This document shows, piece by piece, positions 7,132 to 16,113 of a DNA stretch of 32,000 nt. The stretch lies in the NCBI GenBank assembly GCA_001766815.1, contig LYOS01000001.1:180001-212000 (forward strand). Reading direction: 5' to 3'. This stretch comes from Candidatus Syntropharchaeum caldarium (GTDB lineage: Archaea > Halobacteriota > Syntropharchaeia > Syntropharchaeales > Syntropharchaeaceae). Position 1 is the stretch's first letter. Each line of letters starts with the position of its first letter. A program made the translations under genes and the position numbers. Under the pieces are notes generated by a model. That model was not told the origin of the DNA. It saw nothing but the letters and a program-made list of their open reading frames with translations, and did no database searches.

Positions 7132-9018
7132 TCAGTTCTTCATCTTTGTATAAGCCAGCAACCCTCCTGCCTTCACGATCTCAATATCCCGCTCAGATAG
7201 GTTGTGACTCACAGGGATGCTCTTTGATCCATTGATACTCACCTCAAGATCTCCTCTGAGGTCTGTAACATCGATTGAGAGCCTGTCGCCCTGTTCTATC
7301 TCGTCTGTATCACAGACAAACGGGATTATTCCGACGTTTATCAGGTTTGCATGGTGAATTCTCGCAAATGATTTTGCAAATACCGCTCTTATCCCGAGTT
7401 CAAACGGAGCAAGGGCAGCATGCTCCCTGGATGATCCCTGCCCATAGTTCTCACCTCCAACGATGAACCCACCGTTCTTCTCACGGCAGCGGGCTGCAAA
7501 GGTCTCGTCCTTATAGATGAAGACAAACTTCGAGATCTCTGGCAGGTTGCTTCTCAGGTGCTGTGTCGATGGGCCTGCTGGCAGTATATCATCGGTCGAG
7601 ATCCCATCCCCAACCTTTATCAGGACCTCTCCTTCGAGTTTGTCTGGAAGTGGTACCTGCTGCTTTAGCTTTACGATATTTGGCGATCTTCTAATCTCCA
7701 CCTGCTTTCCCTGCGGTTTGAGCATGAGCAGGTCATCAACGATGTAATCAAAGGGATCAAGTTTTACAGGATCAAGTTCTCTCGGATCAACGATCTTACC
7801 TTTAATCGCTGATGCTGCTGCAACCTCAGCTCCACAGAGTGCAATACGTCCGAACTTGCTACCACCTCTTCCTGCCCAGTTGCGGTTGACGGTTCTCAAT
7901 GAGAGATGTCCATATCCTGGCACAAATCCAATCCCGATGCATGCATTACATCCAGGATCAATCACTCTGGCACCTGCATTTATGAGTGCATCAAGGCTCC
8001 CATCACGGATCAACATCTGAAGAACCTGGCGTGAACCTGGGGATATGATGAGCTCAATCGATGGATCAACTCGCTTCCCCTGAAGGATCAGCGCTGCTTT
8101 TCTGATGTCAGCATATCCGCCATTTGTACACGATCCAATGAAGACCTGATCGATTGGGGTCCCTGCAACCTCCTCGACAGGGTAAACATTATCGGGCATC
8201 CCGGGCATTGCAACCTGCGGTGTAATCTCCGAGAGGTCAATATCGAGTATATCATCATAATGAGCTCCATCATCAGCTTTGAGTTCCTTCCAGTCTGAAT
8301 CACGTCTCTGCCCCCTCAAAAATTCCAGTGTAATCTCATCCGAGGGGAAGATTGAGGTTGTAGCCCCCGTCTCAGCACCCATATTTGTGATCGTTGCCCG
8401 TTCGGGAACTGATAGCGTCTTGACTCCATTGCCCATGTATTCAAGCACCTTTCCAACCCCACCTTTGACAGAGATCTGTTTTAAGATCGTTAAAATAACA
8501 TCCTTGGCAGATGAACCCCAGTTTAGACTTCCCGTAAGGTTTATACCAAGAACCTCTGGTACTGTTAAGTAGAAGTAGCCTCCACCCATCGCAACCGCAA
8601 CATCCATGCCACCTGCCCCGATGGCGATCATCCCCAATCCTCCACATGTGGGTGTGTGGGAATCTGCCCCGAGAAGTGTCTCGCCAGGCACACCAAAACG
8701 CTCATAGTGGAGCTGGTGACAGACGCCGTTTCCTGGCTTTGAATAGATTGCTCCAAAGTGTGATGCGATCGTCTGGAGGAAGTAATGATCATCGGTTGAC
8801 TCACCCTTGAACCCGAGCGATGTATGATCGCAGTAAGAGACTGCAAGCTTTGCTTTAACTTCATCAAGACCCAGTGCCTCGAATTCAAGCCATGCCATCG
8901 TACCGGTGCTATCCTGCGTCAGGCACTGATCGATTATAAGCCCAATCTCTTCGCCAACCCTGTACGTACCATCGCCGACATGTTCTTTCAGTACTTTCTC
9001 GGTTATTGTGCTTCCCAT
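7132..9018 (-). CDS. aconitase-family hydratase (large plus swivel domains fused; aconitate hydratase-like)
   Basis: About 628 aa counted from MGSTITEKVL. It has the aconitase Fe-S ligand contexts (DSHT, GSCTNG, CNACIG) and a C-terminal swivel-domain GSSREHA motif. The track start at 9060 adds 14 non-conserved residues. GGTGAGG precedes ATG 9018. Confidence 0.85.
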   Translation of the reverse strand: MGSTITEKVLKEHVGDGTYRVGEEIGLIIDQCLTQDSTGTMAWLEFEALGLDEVKAKLAVSYCDHTSLGFKGESTDDHYFLQTIASHFGAIYSKPGNGVCHQLHYERFGVPGETLLGADSHTPTCGGLGMIAIGAGGMDVAVAMGGGYFYLTVPEVLGINLTGSLNWGSSAKDVILTILKQISVKGGVGKVLEYMGNGVKTLSVPERATITNMGAETGATTSIFPSDEITLEFLRGQRRDSDWKELKADDGAHYDDILDIDLSEITPQVAMPGMPDNVYPVEEVAGTPIDQVFIGSCTNGGYADIRKAALILQGKRVDPSIELIISPGSRQVLQMLIRDGSLDALINAGARVIDPGCNACIGIGFVPGYGHLSLRTVNRNWAGRGGSKFGRIALCGAEVAAASAIKGKIVDPRELDPVKLDPFDYIVDDLLMLKPQGKQVEIRRSPNIVKLKQQVPLPDKLEGEVLIKVGDGISTDDILPAGPSTQHLRSNLPEISKFVFIYKDETFAARCREKNGGFIVGGENYGQGSSREHAALAPFELGIRAVFAKSFARIHHANLINVGIIPFVCDTDEIEQGDRLSIDVTDLRGDLEVSINGSKSIPVSHNLSERDIEIVKAGGLLAYTKMKN

Positions 9019-9086
9019 ATGCCTCACCGTCCACACACTACGCCAGTGAAAGTGGGACAAACCCTATATGTGGTAGATTCAACTTT

Positions 9087-9725
9087 TCAGAGAAAATCCA
9101 GCTCAAATTCTTCTATGGTGCAGGCATCAGCTTCCTTGTCTCTGCCATAACCTCTCAACGTTTCCCGCGTCAGAAGCCAGTATATCGTTGCAAGGGCTTT
9201 TCTGCCTTTGTTGTTTGTTGGAATTACAAGTTCTATATTCTCGATCATGTTGTTTGTATCACAGAGTGCAATGACGGGTATTCCTACATCAATCGCCTCT
9301 TTTATCACCTGCACATCTCCCATCGGGTCTGTTGCAACCACAATTTCAGGCTCCAGATAGTCACGATGACTTGGGTTTGTAAGTGTCCCAGGAATGTACC
9401 TTCCTGTGATTGCATGTGCTCCAATCTTCTCTGCAAAGACGGTTGCTGGTTTATGTCCATATTGCCTTGCGGAGACAACGAGTATATCTTCCGGGTTATA
9501 CCTTGCCAGAAATTTCCCTGAAAGCCTGATACGTTCATCTGTCTTTTTAATATCGAGGATGTAAAGCCCATCAGCTCTAACACGGTAGATGTATCGCATC
9601 ATATCCGCTGTTTTGTACTGTGTGCCGATGTGGACCCCGGCAGCGAGATAAGAATCAGCGGGTATGAGTAGCGCATCATCTCCAAAAAGCTCATCCACCA
9701 TCTCTTCTTTAACTTCCGCATCCAT
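9087..9725 (-). CDS. rps2: 30S ribosomal protein uS2
   Basis: 212 aa. [10 protein letters not shown], ...IVVATDP... and [10 protein letters not shown] are typical of archaeal S2. Confidence 0.95.
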   Translation of the reverse strand: MDAEVKEEMVDELFGDDALLIPADSYLAAGVHIGTQYKTADMMRYIYRVRADGLYILDIKKTDERIRLSGKFLARYNPEDILVVSARQYGHKPATVFAEKIGAHAITGRYIPGTLTNPSHRDYLEPEIVVATDPMGDVQVIKEAIDVGIPVIALCDTNNMIENIELVIPTNNKGRKALATIYWLLTRETLRGYGRDKEADACTIEEFELDFL

Positions 9726-9760
9726 TTTATTGCCTCTTTATGATAATGTAGGATGCACGA

Positions 9761-9773
9761 GATAATATAAAAG
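9761..9773 (-). promoter_or_regulatory. TATA-like box for rps2
   Basis: The minus strand reads cttttatattatc, 36-48 nt upstream of the rps2 ATG (9725). Confidence 0.45.
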
Positions 9774-9871
9774 TATTGGGGAAAGTGTTTTTGACCCGCA
9801 ATGCACGGGCGCCATCTCGTACTATTCCGTCAAAATATTTCACCAGGACGTTGCCCCTCCCATCGATCTTT

Positions 9872-11197
9872 CTACGATTCATCAAAAAATTCACAATGGT
9901 CTCTCAGCACCTCATCAACCGCCTCGATAAACCGCTCTTCTGATCCAGGAGGGATCGCCCCGCCCGATGCGATGTTGTGCCCCCCACCGACACCACCAAC
10001 TCTGGATGCAGCAATCTTCATAATCTCGGATAAATCAACTCCTTTTGAGATGAGTGCTCTTGTCCCACGCGCAGAGATCTTTGATATGTTCTCAAGCTGA
10101 TTTATCACAAATATCGGCTTATCAGGATATAGGTATCGAATTATCGCTCCTGCAAAGGCACCTGTAATATCGCGATCCTCAGCAAAGATATACCTGAATC
10201 CCGCACGCTCTTTGATCTTCTGATCCACTGTCTCAAGCTCTCTCAGGACCTTTTTTTGAAACTCAACCCTTATCGCCGATGCCTCGTCAAGCCCTTTCCG
10301 ATCTCTCATGCAGAGTGAAAGTGCAAGCCCTGTCTTTCCTTTTTTTCCACACGCATCGATTATCTGCATAAACCTGATCGCATCCTGGATCACCTCGTAC
10401 GGGAGGATGTATCGCTCACCAACGAGATCAGCTATTGCATCCTCGCTCGATCTCGTCCTTATTTTTGAGATGATCGCATCTATCAGTCGTTTCTCATCAT
10501 CATCGCTTAAATCACTGAGTCTACCGCTTATCCCGAGTTCATCGAGAAACGCATCAACCCCTTCTTCAAAATGAATGTATGGCTCAGTTGAAAGCGCAAG
10601 CTCTTCTTTGAGATCACCATCAGCTATTTTAAGCCCTTCCTGGAGTATGACAACCCCATTCTTCACCGCTTCATTGAGAATATCTCGGTTCACACCAATC
10701 ATGCGCTGCTTATCTCCGATTGCACCTGTAATCGCAAGTCCAGCAAGATCGAAGTTATCACCAAGCGCTTTTGAGACTGTATATGTGCACCCTGATGCAG
10801 AGACTTCGAAAGCACCATCAATACCCACACAATGGGGGTTTAGCTGGATTATGTCGGGAGGTAGCTCATCTTTATATCGGTGATGATCGATCACAGCGAT
10901 CTCAAGCCCAAGCTCATGCCGAATTTTATTCAGCAGCTCACCCTGACTGCTCCCCATATCACAGAAGAGGAGCAGATCTCCTTCTTTGGTTGAATCACGG
11001 AGGAGATCGAGGATGCTCTCATCAAGCCGCGATAGAAGCGTTGCATGGAAATGGATATTGCATCGAAGAAGTGCATGCGAGATTATACCAGCAGACGTGA
11101 TTCCGTCTGCATCGTGATGAGATATGACTCTCACAAACTCGTGATCTCTGATTTTTGCTGCAACCTTCTTTGCTGCGCCTTCCATGAGTTCAATCAT
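9872..11197 (-). CDS. DHH/DHHA1 family RecJ-like phosphoesterase (archaeal RecJ/Cdc45-like)
   Basis: It has a DHH-domain motif (VISHHDADGITSAG), DHH-type acidic motifs (CDMG, IDHH), and a DHHA1 motif (GGGHNIASGG). Confidence 0.8.
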   Translation of the reverse strand: MIELMEGAAKKVAAKIRDHEFVRVISHHDADGITSAGIISHALLRCNIHFHATLLSRLDESILDLLRDSTKEGDLLLFCDMGSSQGELLNKIRHELGLEIAVIDHHRYKDELPPDIIQLNPHCVGIDGAFEVSASGCTYTVSKALGDNFDLAGLAITGAIGDKQRMIGVNRDILNEAVKNGVVILQEGLKIADGDLKEELALSTEPYIHFEEGVDAFLDELGISGRLSDLSDDDEKRLIDAIISKIRTRSSEDAIADLVGERYILPYEVIQDAIRFMQIIDACGKKGKTGLALSLCMRDRKGLDEASAIRVEFQKKVLRELETVDQKIKERAGFRYIFAEDRDITGAFAGAIIRYLYPDKPIFVINQLENISKISARGTRALISKGVDLSEIMKIAASRVGGVGGGHNIASGGAIPPGSEERFIEAVDEVLRDHCEFFDES

Positions 11198-11275
11198 CGG
11201 TGTTTACTGATCCTGCAATCTATTATAAAGATGGCGGAGAAAAAATATATGGTAAGAGAGAATGTATTCTATTTG

Positions 11276-11908
11276 ATGTCTATATATGTTCTGGGAATAA
11301 ATGGCTCACCAAGGATGGGAAATACGTACGAGATGCTTAATGCCGTGCTTTCTGGGGCGTCATCACATGGAGGTAAGACAGAACTTCTGAATCTCTCTGA
11401 GTATGAGATCAGGCATTGCATGGGACACCCAAAGGAGTTCTGTGAGAAAGGCTGTCCACTCGCAGATGACTTTAAAATGATAGGATCAAAGCTCATATCA
11501 GCAGACTGTATCGTAATCGGTTCACCCACTTTTATGGGTGATGTCTCCGGTCTTCTGAAGAGTTTTATGGACAGGTCGGTTCATCTCAGACGGAGTGGAT
11601 TTAAACTCAGAAACCGTGTAGGAGCTGGGCTTACGGTCGGCGCGCACATTGGTGGGGGACAGGATCTTGCGCTCAGAACCATCCACACCTTCTTCCTGAA
11701 GCACGACATGATCGTTGTAAGTGAAGGTTCACCGAGCTCACAGGCAGGTGTGATTGCGGTTGCAAGAGATTTATTTGATGTCGTACAGGATAAACGGGTG
11801 ATGAATGAATGCAAAAATCTTGGCAGGAGAGTTGTCGAGATCGCAGAGATGCTTGCAATTAATGGGAGTTTAAACGACCACCAAGATTTAAATAGTCTAA
11901 AACCTTAG
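11276..11908 (+). CDS. flavodoxin-fold NADPH-dependent FMN reductase / iron-sulfur-flavoprotein-like protein
   Basis: MSIYVLGINGSPRMGNT is the family's N-terminal FMN-phosphate loop, and IVIGSPTFMGDVSG also fits. The track start at 11045 would overlap the recJ-like gene, so I chose ATG 11276. Confidence 0.7.
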   Translation: MSIYVLGINGSPRMGNTYEMLNAVLSGASSHGGKTELLNLSEYEIRHCMGHPKEFCEKGCPLADDFKMIGSKLISADCIVIGSPTFMGDVSGLLKSFMDRSVHLRRSGFKLRNRVGAGLTVGAHIGGGQDLALRTIHTFFLKHDMIVVSEGSPSSQAGVIAVARDLFDVVQDKRVMNECKNLGRRVVEIAEMLAINGSLNDHQDLNSLKP

Positions 11909-11913
11909 AACTG

Positions 11914-11924
11914 TTTGATATAAG
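11914..11924 (+). promoter_or_regulatory. TATA-like box (tttgatataag) for the rpl15-secY-adk-DUF106-cmk operon
   Basis: It lies 26-36 nt upstream of ATG 11950. The GGTGAT Shine-Dalgarno-like motif sits at 11941-11946. Confidence 0.35.
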
Positions 11925-11949
11925 CACCTCAGGATCAAATGGTGATTGG

Positions 11950-12378
11950 ATGAAGAAGAAAGTCTCAAAGTACAGGGGTTCACGCACATGCGGTGGCGGA
12001 ACACACAAGAACCGTAGAGGAGCTGGTAGTAGAGGTGGACGAGGACGCGCAGGGTTAGATGAGCACCATTTTGCATATTATTACAAGCGTGGAATCATCG
12101 TGGGCAAACACGGATTCAAGCGTCCAGATGCTGCGAAAAAAGAGCTCAAAACTATCAATGTCAGCACGCTTGATCAGATGGCTGACAATCTCCTGAAGAC
12201 TGGGGCAGCAACGGAGTTAGAGGGGAAGATACAGATCGATCTTCAAAGTCTTGGCATCGATAAGGTACTTGGTAGTGGAAAAGTTACAAGACCACTCCAG
12301 GTCGAGGGTGTGGCCATCACAGAGCGCGCACGAGATAAGATCGAGTCTGCTGGTGGGCTGGTAGTCACATATGAGTAA
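11950..12378 (+). CDS. rpl15: 50S ribosomal protein uL15
   Basis: It has a Gly/Arg-rich N-terminus (GGGTHKNRRGAGSRGGRGRAG). GGTGAT lies just upstream of the start, and the gene directly precedes secY. Confidence 0.9.
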   Translation: MKKKVSKYRGSRTCGGGTHKNRRGAGSRGGRGRAGLDEHHFAYYYKRGIIVGKHGFKRPDAAKKELKTINVSTLDQMADNLLKTGAATELEGKIQIDLQSLGIDKVLGSGKVTRPLQVEGVAITERARDKIESAGGLVVTYE

Positions 12379-13858
12379 CGGAGAGTACGGATTCAAAGAC
12401 CGACTCGCCCCGATATTGCAGCGATTTCCGGCGGTAGAGCGGCCAGCGATGCACGTTCACTTCAAGCGCAAGCTTGGATGGACAATAGCTGTTTTAATAC
12501 TCTATTTTGTCCTATCCAATGTGCCACTATTCGGGCTTTCTCCAGATTCAATCGATCTCTTTGCCCAGTACAGAGCGTTCTTTGCAGGTGCTTCAGGTTC
12601 ACTCTTGCTTCTTGGTATAGGACCGATCGTGACCGCATCTATCGTGTTACAGCTTCTCGTGGGTGCAGATATAATAAAACTGGATCTATCGAATCCACGG
12701 GATCAGGCGATCTTCCAGGGTGGGCAGAAGTTTCTGGTTCTTGTTATGATCGTTCTTACAACCCTACCCCAGATGGTTGGTGCAAATCCGTACATAAAAC
12801 CAGATCTTGGGCTTGCAGCAAGCATGGGGGTTGATCCATCTGTCCTATGGTGGGCACTCTTCATCCAGATCTTTATTGGTGGCGTTTTGATAATGTTCCT
12901 CGATGAGATCGTATCCAAATGGGGAATCGGATCCGGTGTCGGGCTATTCATCGTCGCCGGAGTTGCTCAGGCGCTTGTGACAGGCATCCTCAACTGGCAG
13001 CTCGATCAGGGTATGCCGATTGGCATTATACCCAGGTGGATATGGATCGCCCAGAATATGGGCGCAAGTGAGCTTCTATCGGGTGAAGGGTTCAGGTTCC
13101 TCCTGATCAGTGGAGGGGTTCTTGCACTCATCACAACGATTATCATATTCCTGCTTGTCATCTTCTTTGAGTCCACAAGGGTTGAGATTCCGCTTGCACA
13201 CAGTGCGGTAAGGGGCGCAAGGGGAAAGTTTCCGGTGAAACTGATCTATGCAAGTGTTCTTCCGATGATACTGGTTCGAGCGCTTCAGGCGAACATCCAG
13301 ATGGTTGGAATGATACTGGCACGGAAGGGAAACACCCTGCTTGGTGTCTATGATGCTGCATCAGGAAAACCGATCTCAGGGCTCATGTACTACTTAAACC
13401 CGATTTATAGCCCTTATGACTGGATACCCTCGCTTGTTCACCAGAACTACCCTGATATTGCAACATGGCAGATCGCATTGCGGCTTGGATGTGATCTTGG
13501 ATTGATGGTAATTGGTGGTATGATCTTTGCGGTCTTCTGGATCAATACGACCAACATGGGTGCTGATGCGGTTGCAAAACAGATCCAGCGATCAGGGATG
13601 CAGATTCCAGGGTTCAGGCGAGATCCAAGAATCCTTGAGCGTGTGCTTGAAAGATACATCCCCAAAGTCACGATAATCGGTGGAGCGCTTGTTGGTCTTC
13701 TGGTTGTTGTTGCAAATATGCTTGGGACGATCGGCAATGCATCTGGAACCGGGATTTTACTTGCCGTTAGTATTACATACCGATTGTATGAGGATATAGC
13801 AAGTGAGCAGATGATGGAGATGCATCCGATGATACGCGGTTTATTCGGGAAGGAGTGA
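12371..13858 (+). CDS. secY: preprotein translocase subunit SecY
   Basis: 495 aa with 10 hydrophobic segments. It occupies the conserved position after uL15. It overlaps rpl15 by 8 nt. Confidence 0.95.
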   Translation: MSNGEYGFKDRLAPILQRFPAVERPAMHVHFKRKLGWTIAVLILYFVLSNVPLFGLSPDSIDLFAQYRAFFAGASGSLLLLGIGPIVTASIVLQLLVGADIIKLDLSNPRDQAIFQGGQKFLVLVMIVLTTLPQMVGANPYIKPDLGLAASMGVDPSVLWWALFIQIFIGGVLIMFLDEIVSKWGIGSGVGLFIVAGVAQALVTGILNWQLDQGMPIGIIPRWIWIAQNMGASELLSGEGFRFLLISGGVLALITTIIIFLLVIFFESTRVEIPLAHSAVRGARGKFPVKLIYASVLPMILVRALQANIQMVGMILARKGNTLLGVYDAASGKPISGLMYYLNPIYSPYDWIPSLVHQNYPDIATWQIALRLGCDLGLMVIGGMIFAVFWINTTNMGADAVAKQIQRSGMQIPGFRRDPRILERVLERYIPKVTIIGGALVGLLVVVANMLGTIGNASGTGILLAVSITYRLYEDIASEQMMEMHPMIRGLFGKE

Positions 13859-13864
13859 TCTTAC

Positions 13865-14437
13865 GTGTCTGTCATTGTTCTCACAGGTATACCGGGTGTT
13901 GGGAGCAGTACAGTTGCCAGAGAAGCACTGAATATGATGGATGATGATGCTGCATCCAGGTTCAGATCTGTTAACTACGGTGATGTGATGTTCGAGGTTG
14001 CACAGCAGAAAGGACTTGTCAAATCTCGCGACGAGATGCGGAAGCTTGAAAGTTCTATTCAGCGTGCGATCCAGCAGAAGGCAGCAAAGAAGATCGCTTC
14101 GATTGAGGGCAGGGTGATTCTTGACACTCACATCACAATAAAAACACCACAGGGCTATTTGCCTGGGCTTCCGAGATGGGTACTTGATGGACTTGAGCCA
14201 GACCTGATCATACTCGTTGAGGCTGATCCTGAGGAGATCTATCAACGGAGGGTGAAGGATAAATCAAGGTCAAGAGATTCTGACTCTGTCGAGCTTATCG
14301 ATGAGCACCAGCAGATAAATAGAGCCACAGGGATGGCTTATGCAGCCTTAAGTGGTGCAACCGTCAAGATCATCGCAAACCATGATAATGGACTTAAAGA
14401 TGCAGCAAGTGAACTTTTAGAAGTTATTTCAGGATGA
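13865..14437 (+). CDS. adkA: adenylate kinase, archaeal type
   Basis: It has a P-loop (LTGIPGVGSSTV), a length of 190 aa, and the position after secY. The start codon is GTG. Confidence 0.9.
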   Translation: MSVIVLTGIPGVGSSTVAREALNMMDDDAASRFRSVNYGDVMFEVAQQKGLVKSRDEMRKLESSIQRAIQQKAAKKIASIEGRVILDTHITIKTPQGYLPGLPRWVLDGLEPDLIILVEADPEEIYQRRVKDKSRSRDSDSVELIDEHQQINRATGMAYAALSGATVKIIANHDNGLKDAASELLEVISG

Positions 14438-14441
14438 TCTG

Positions 14442-15053
14442 ATGAAAAAGAAAGCAAAAGAGCTTATTGAGAGGATGTTACTTGCGCTGGGATTCAGCCT
14501 GCTTTTTGGTATCATGCTTCTTGGACCGGATTTTCGAAATGGACTCGGTACTTTTGTAGGGAGCTTCATGAACCCTATTGCAGCATTAATCCCGTTTCAT
14601 CTGCTTATTGTGATTCTTGCGATCGTGACAGGTGTATATGCAAGCCTCATCCAGAAGTACACGATCGACTGGGAGCTTATGCGCCGGGTCCAGAAGAAGA
14701 TGCGGGAATTTCAGAAGGAATTTCGTGAGGCACAGCAGCAGGAAAATAAGTACAAGCTCAAAAAACTTCAGGAGCAGCAGGTAGAGATGATGCAGGAACA
14801 GGCGGAGATGTCAAAGCAGCAGTTCAAGCCGATGGCGTATATCGGAATCGTCTCAATACCACTCTGGATGTGGATGTATCAGTATGTTGTAGAGTACAAA
14901 GATGTTCTTCCTCCACTGATCCTTCCGATTGTTGGTGAGAAAGCGTTGATGGATCCATGGTTCTTCCTGCATTACTGGATCCTCTGGTATATTGTCTGCT
15001 CGATTCCATTTGGGGCGCTCATGCGCAAGATTCTGAACGTCGGTGGGATTTAG
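14442..15053 (+). CDS. DUF106 / EMC3-TMCO1-like membrane protein (archaeal Oxa1-superfamily member)
   Basis: It has three TM segments flanking a Lys/Gln/Glu coiled coil (KKMREFQKEFREAQQQENKYKLKKLQEQQ). It occupies the conserved slot between adk and cmk. Confidence 0.8.
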   Translation: MKKKAKELIERMLLALGFSLLFGIMLLGPDFRNGLGTFVGSFMNPIAALIPFHLLIVILAIVTGVYASLIQKYTIDWELMRRVQKKMREFQKEFREAQQQENKYKLKKLQEQQVEMMQEQAEMSKQQFKPMAYIGIVSIPLWMWMYQYVVEYKDVLPPLILPIVGEKALMDPWFFLHYWILWYIVCSIPFGALMRKILNVGGI

Positions 15054-15585
15054 TGTGATCATCACCATTGGAGGATTGCCGGGGAGTGGGTCAACAACGG
15101 TCGCGCGTATTTTATCAGCACGACTCGGTCTCGAATATATCTCATCAGGCGAGATCTTCAGGGAACTTGCAAAGGAACGGGGCGTGACGCTCGAGGAGTT
15201 TGGAAAGATCGCGGAAGCGGATGATACAATCGACAGGATGATCGATGAAAGACAGAAGAAGATCGCGTCCAGTCGGGAAGATCTGATCGTTGAGGGAAGA
15301 CTTTCAGGGATCCTACTCAGGGAGTATGCGAATCTGACCGTCTGGCTAAAGGCACCGCTTGATGTGAGGGTTGAACGAGTAACAGAACGGGATGCCCTCG
15401 ATCGATCGAGACTTCTAACCCTGATCAAAGAGCGGGAACACTCTGAGTGGATCAGATACAATGAATACTATGGTGTTGACCTCAAGGACCTCTCTCTATA
15501 TGATCTTGTGATTGATACATCTCGCTGGAGTGCAGAAGAAGTTACAGATATCATTTTAATGGCAGTGGAGCTTTCTTCAGGATAG
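15043..15585 (+). CDS. cmk: cytidylate kinase, archaeal type
   Basis: It has a P-loop (IGGLPGSGSTT). The start is GTG and overlaps the DUF106 gene by 11 nt. The length is about 180 aa. Confidence 0.85.
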   Translation: MGFSVIITIGGLPGSGSTTVARILSARLGLEYISSGEIFRELAKERGVTLEEFGKIAEADDTIDRMIDERQKKIASSREDLIVEGRLSGILLREYANLTVWLKAPLDVRVERVTERDALDRSRLLTLIKEREHSEWIRYNEYYGVDLKDLSLYDLVIDTSRWSAEEVTDIILMAVELSSG

Positions 15586-16113
15586 ATTTAGAACCTTCTC
15601 GATATCATCCAGCCGTTCAAGAACCTCGATTCCACGCATCTTTCGCAACGCATCGACATTCTTAACGTCTTCCTCTCTTATCCTGAGCTTCATCTTTTTC
15701 CCGTCAGGAAGAACTGTCTCAACCTCACCTACTTTTTGATCAACAGGAAATATATAAACAGGAATACCGACCTTCATCGCCTGAGAAGCCGCATTTGATA
15801 GGAGCGTATCAGCGATCCCGTGTGCGATCTTTGCGACCGTGTTTGCGGTAGCTGGTGCAATTATAAAATAATCAAACTCATTCATCTGAAGTTTTGCTGC
15901 AAGAAATGGAGCATTCGCACTTTTTTCAACCTTGTAACCTGGAAAAACCTCTTTTACCCTTTTCAAGAGCTTATAGAACTTCAGTACAATCTCGCCCTCC
16001 TTGGAGGCATAGGGGATGATCTCAAGGTCGTACTTCTTCTTTAGTGCTTCCATAAAGTCAACGGTCTCTGTGATTTTATCTCCGCTCCCCGTGATCCCCC
16101 ATGCGATTCTGAT
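15577..16113 (-). CDS. afpA: archaeoflavoprotein AfpA-like flavoprotein (PF02441-type); the N-terminal 20 codons have no canonical start
   Basis: The track ORF (15577-16053) contains IIAPATANTVAKIAHGIADTLLSNAA. The same frame continues upstream as IRIAWGITGSGDKITETVDF, right up to the sufB TAG stop. This upstream stretch encodes the family's FMN-binding GITGSG loop. The extension is inferred, and the start codon is unresolved. Confidence 0.65.
   Translation of the reverse strand: MRIAWGITGSGDKITETVDFMEALKKKYDLEIIPYASKEGEIVLKFYKLLKRVKEVFPGYKVEKSANAPFLAAKLQMNEFDYFIIAPATANTVAKIAHGIADTLLSNAASQAMKVGIPVYIFPVDQKVGEVETVLPDGKKMKLRIREEDVKNVDALRKMRGIEVLERLDDIEKVLNLS

Noticed and set aside
11045-11275. 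Track start at 11045 for the flavodoxin-fold reductase, giving a 287-aa protein
   Set aside because: The first 77 codons overlap the 5' end of the recJ-like gene on the other strand and are Cys-rich nonsense. The family's N-terminal loop (MSIYVLGINGSPR) begins at ATG 11276.
15397-15410. A perfect 14-bp palindrome ctcgatcgatcgag inside cmk, together with a general abundance of GATC/ATCGAT strings across the window
   Set aside because: It lies within coding sequence, where it encodes ALDRSR. The abundance is explained by the preferred Ile (ATC), Asp (GAT) and Arg (CGA) codons following one another, so no regulatory or restriction-related role is supported.
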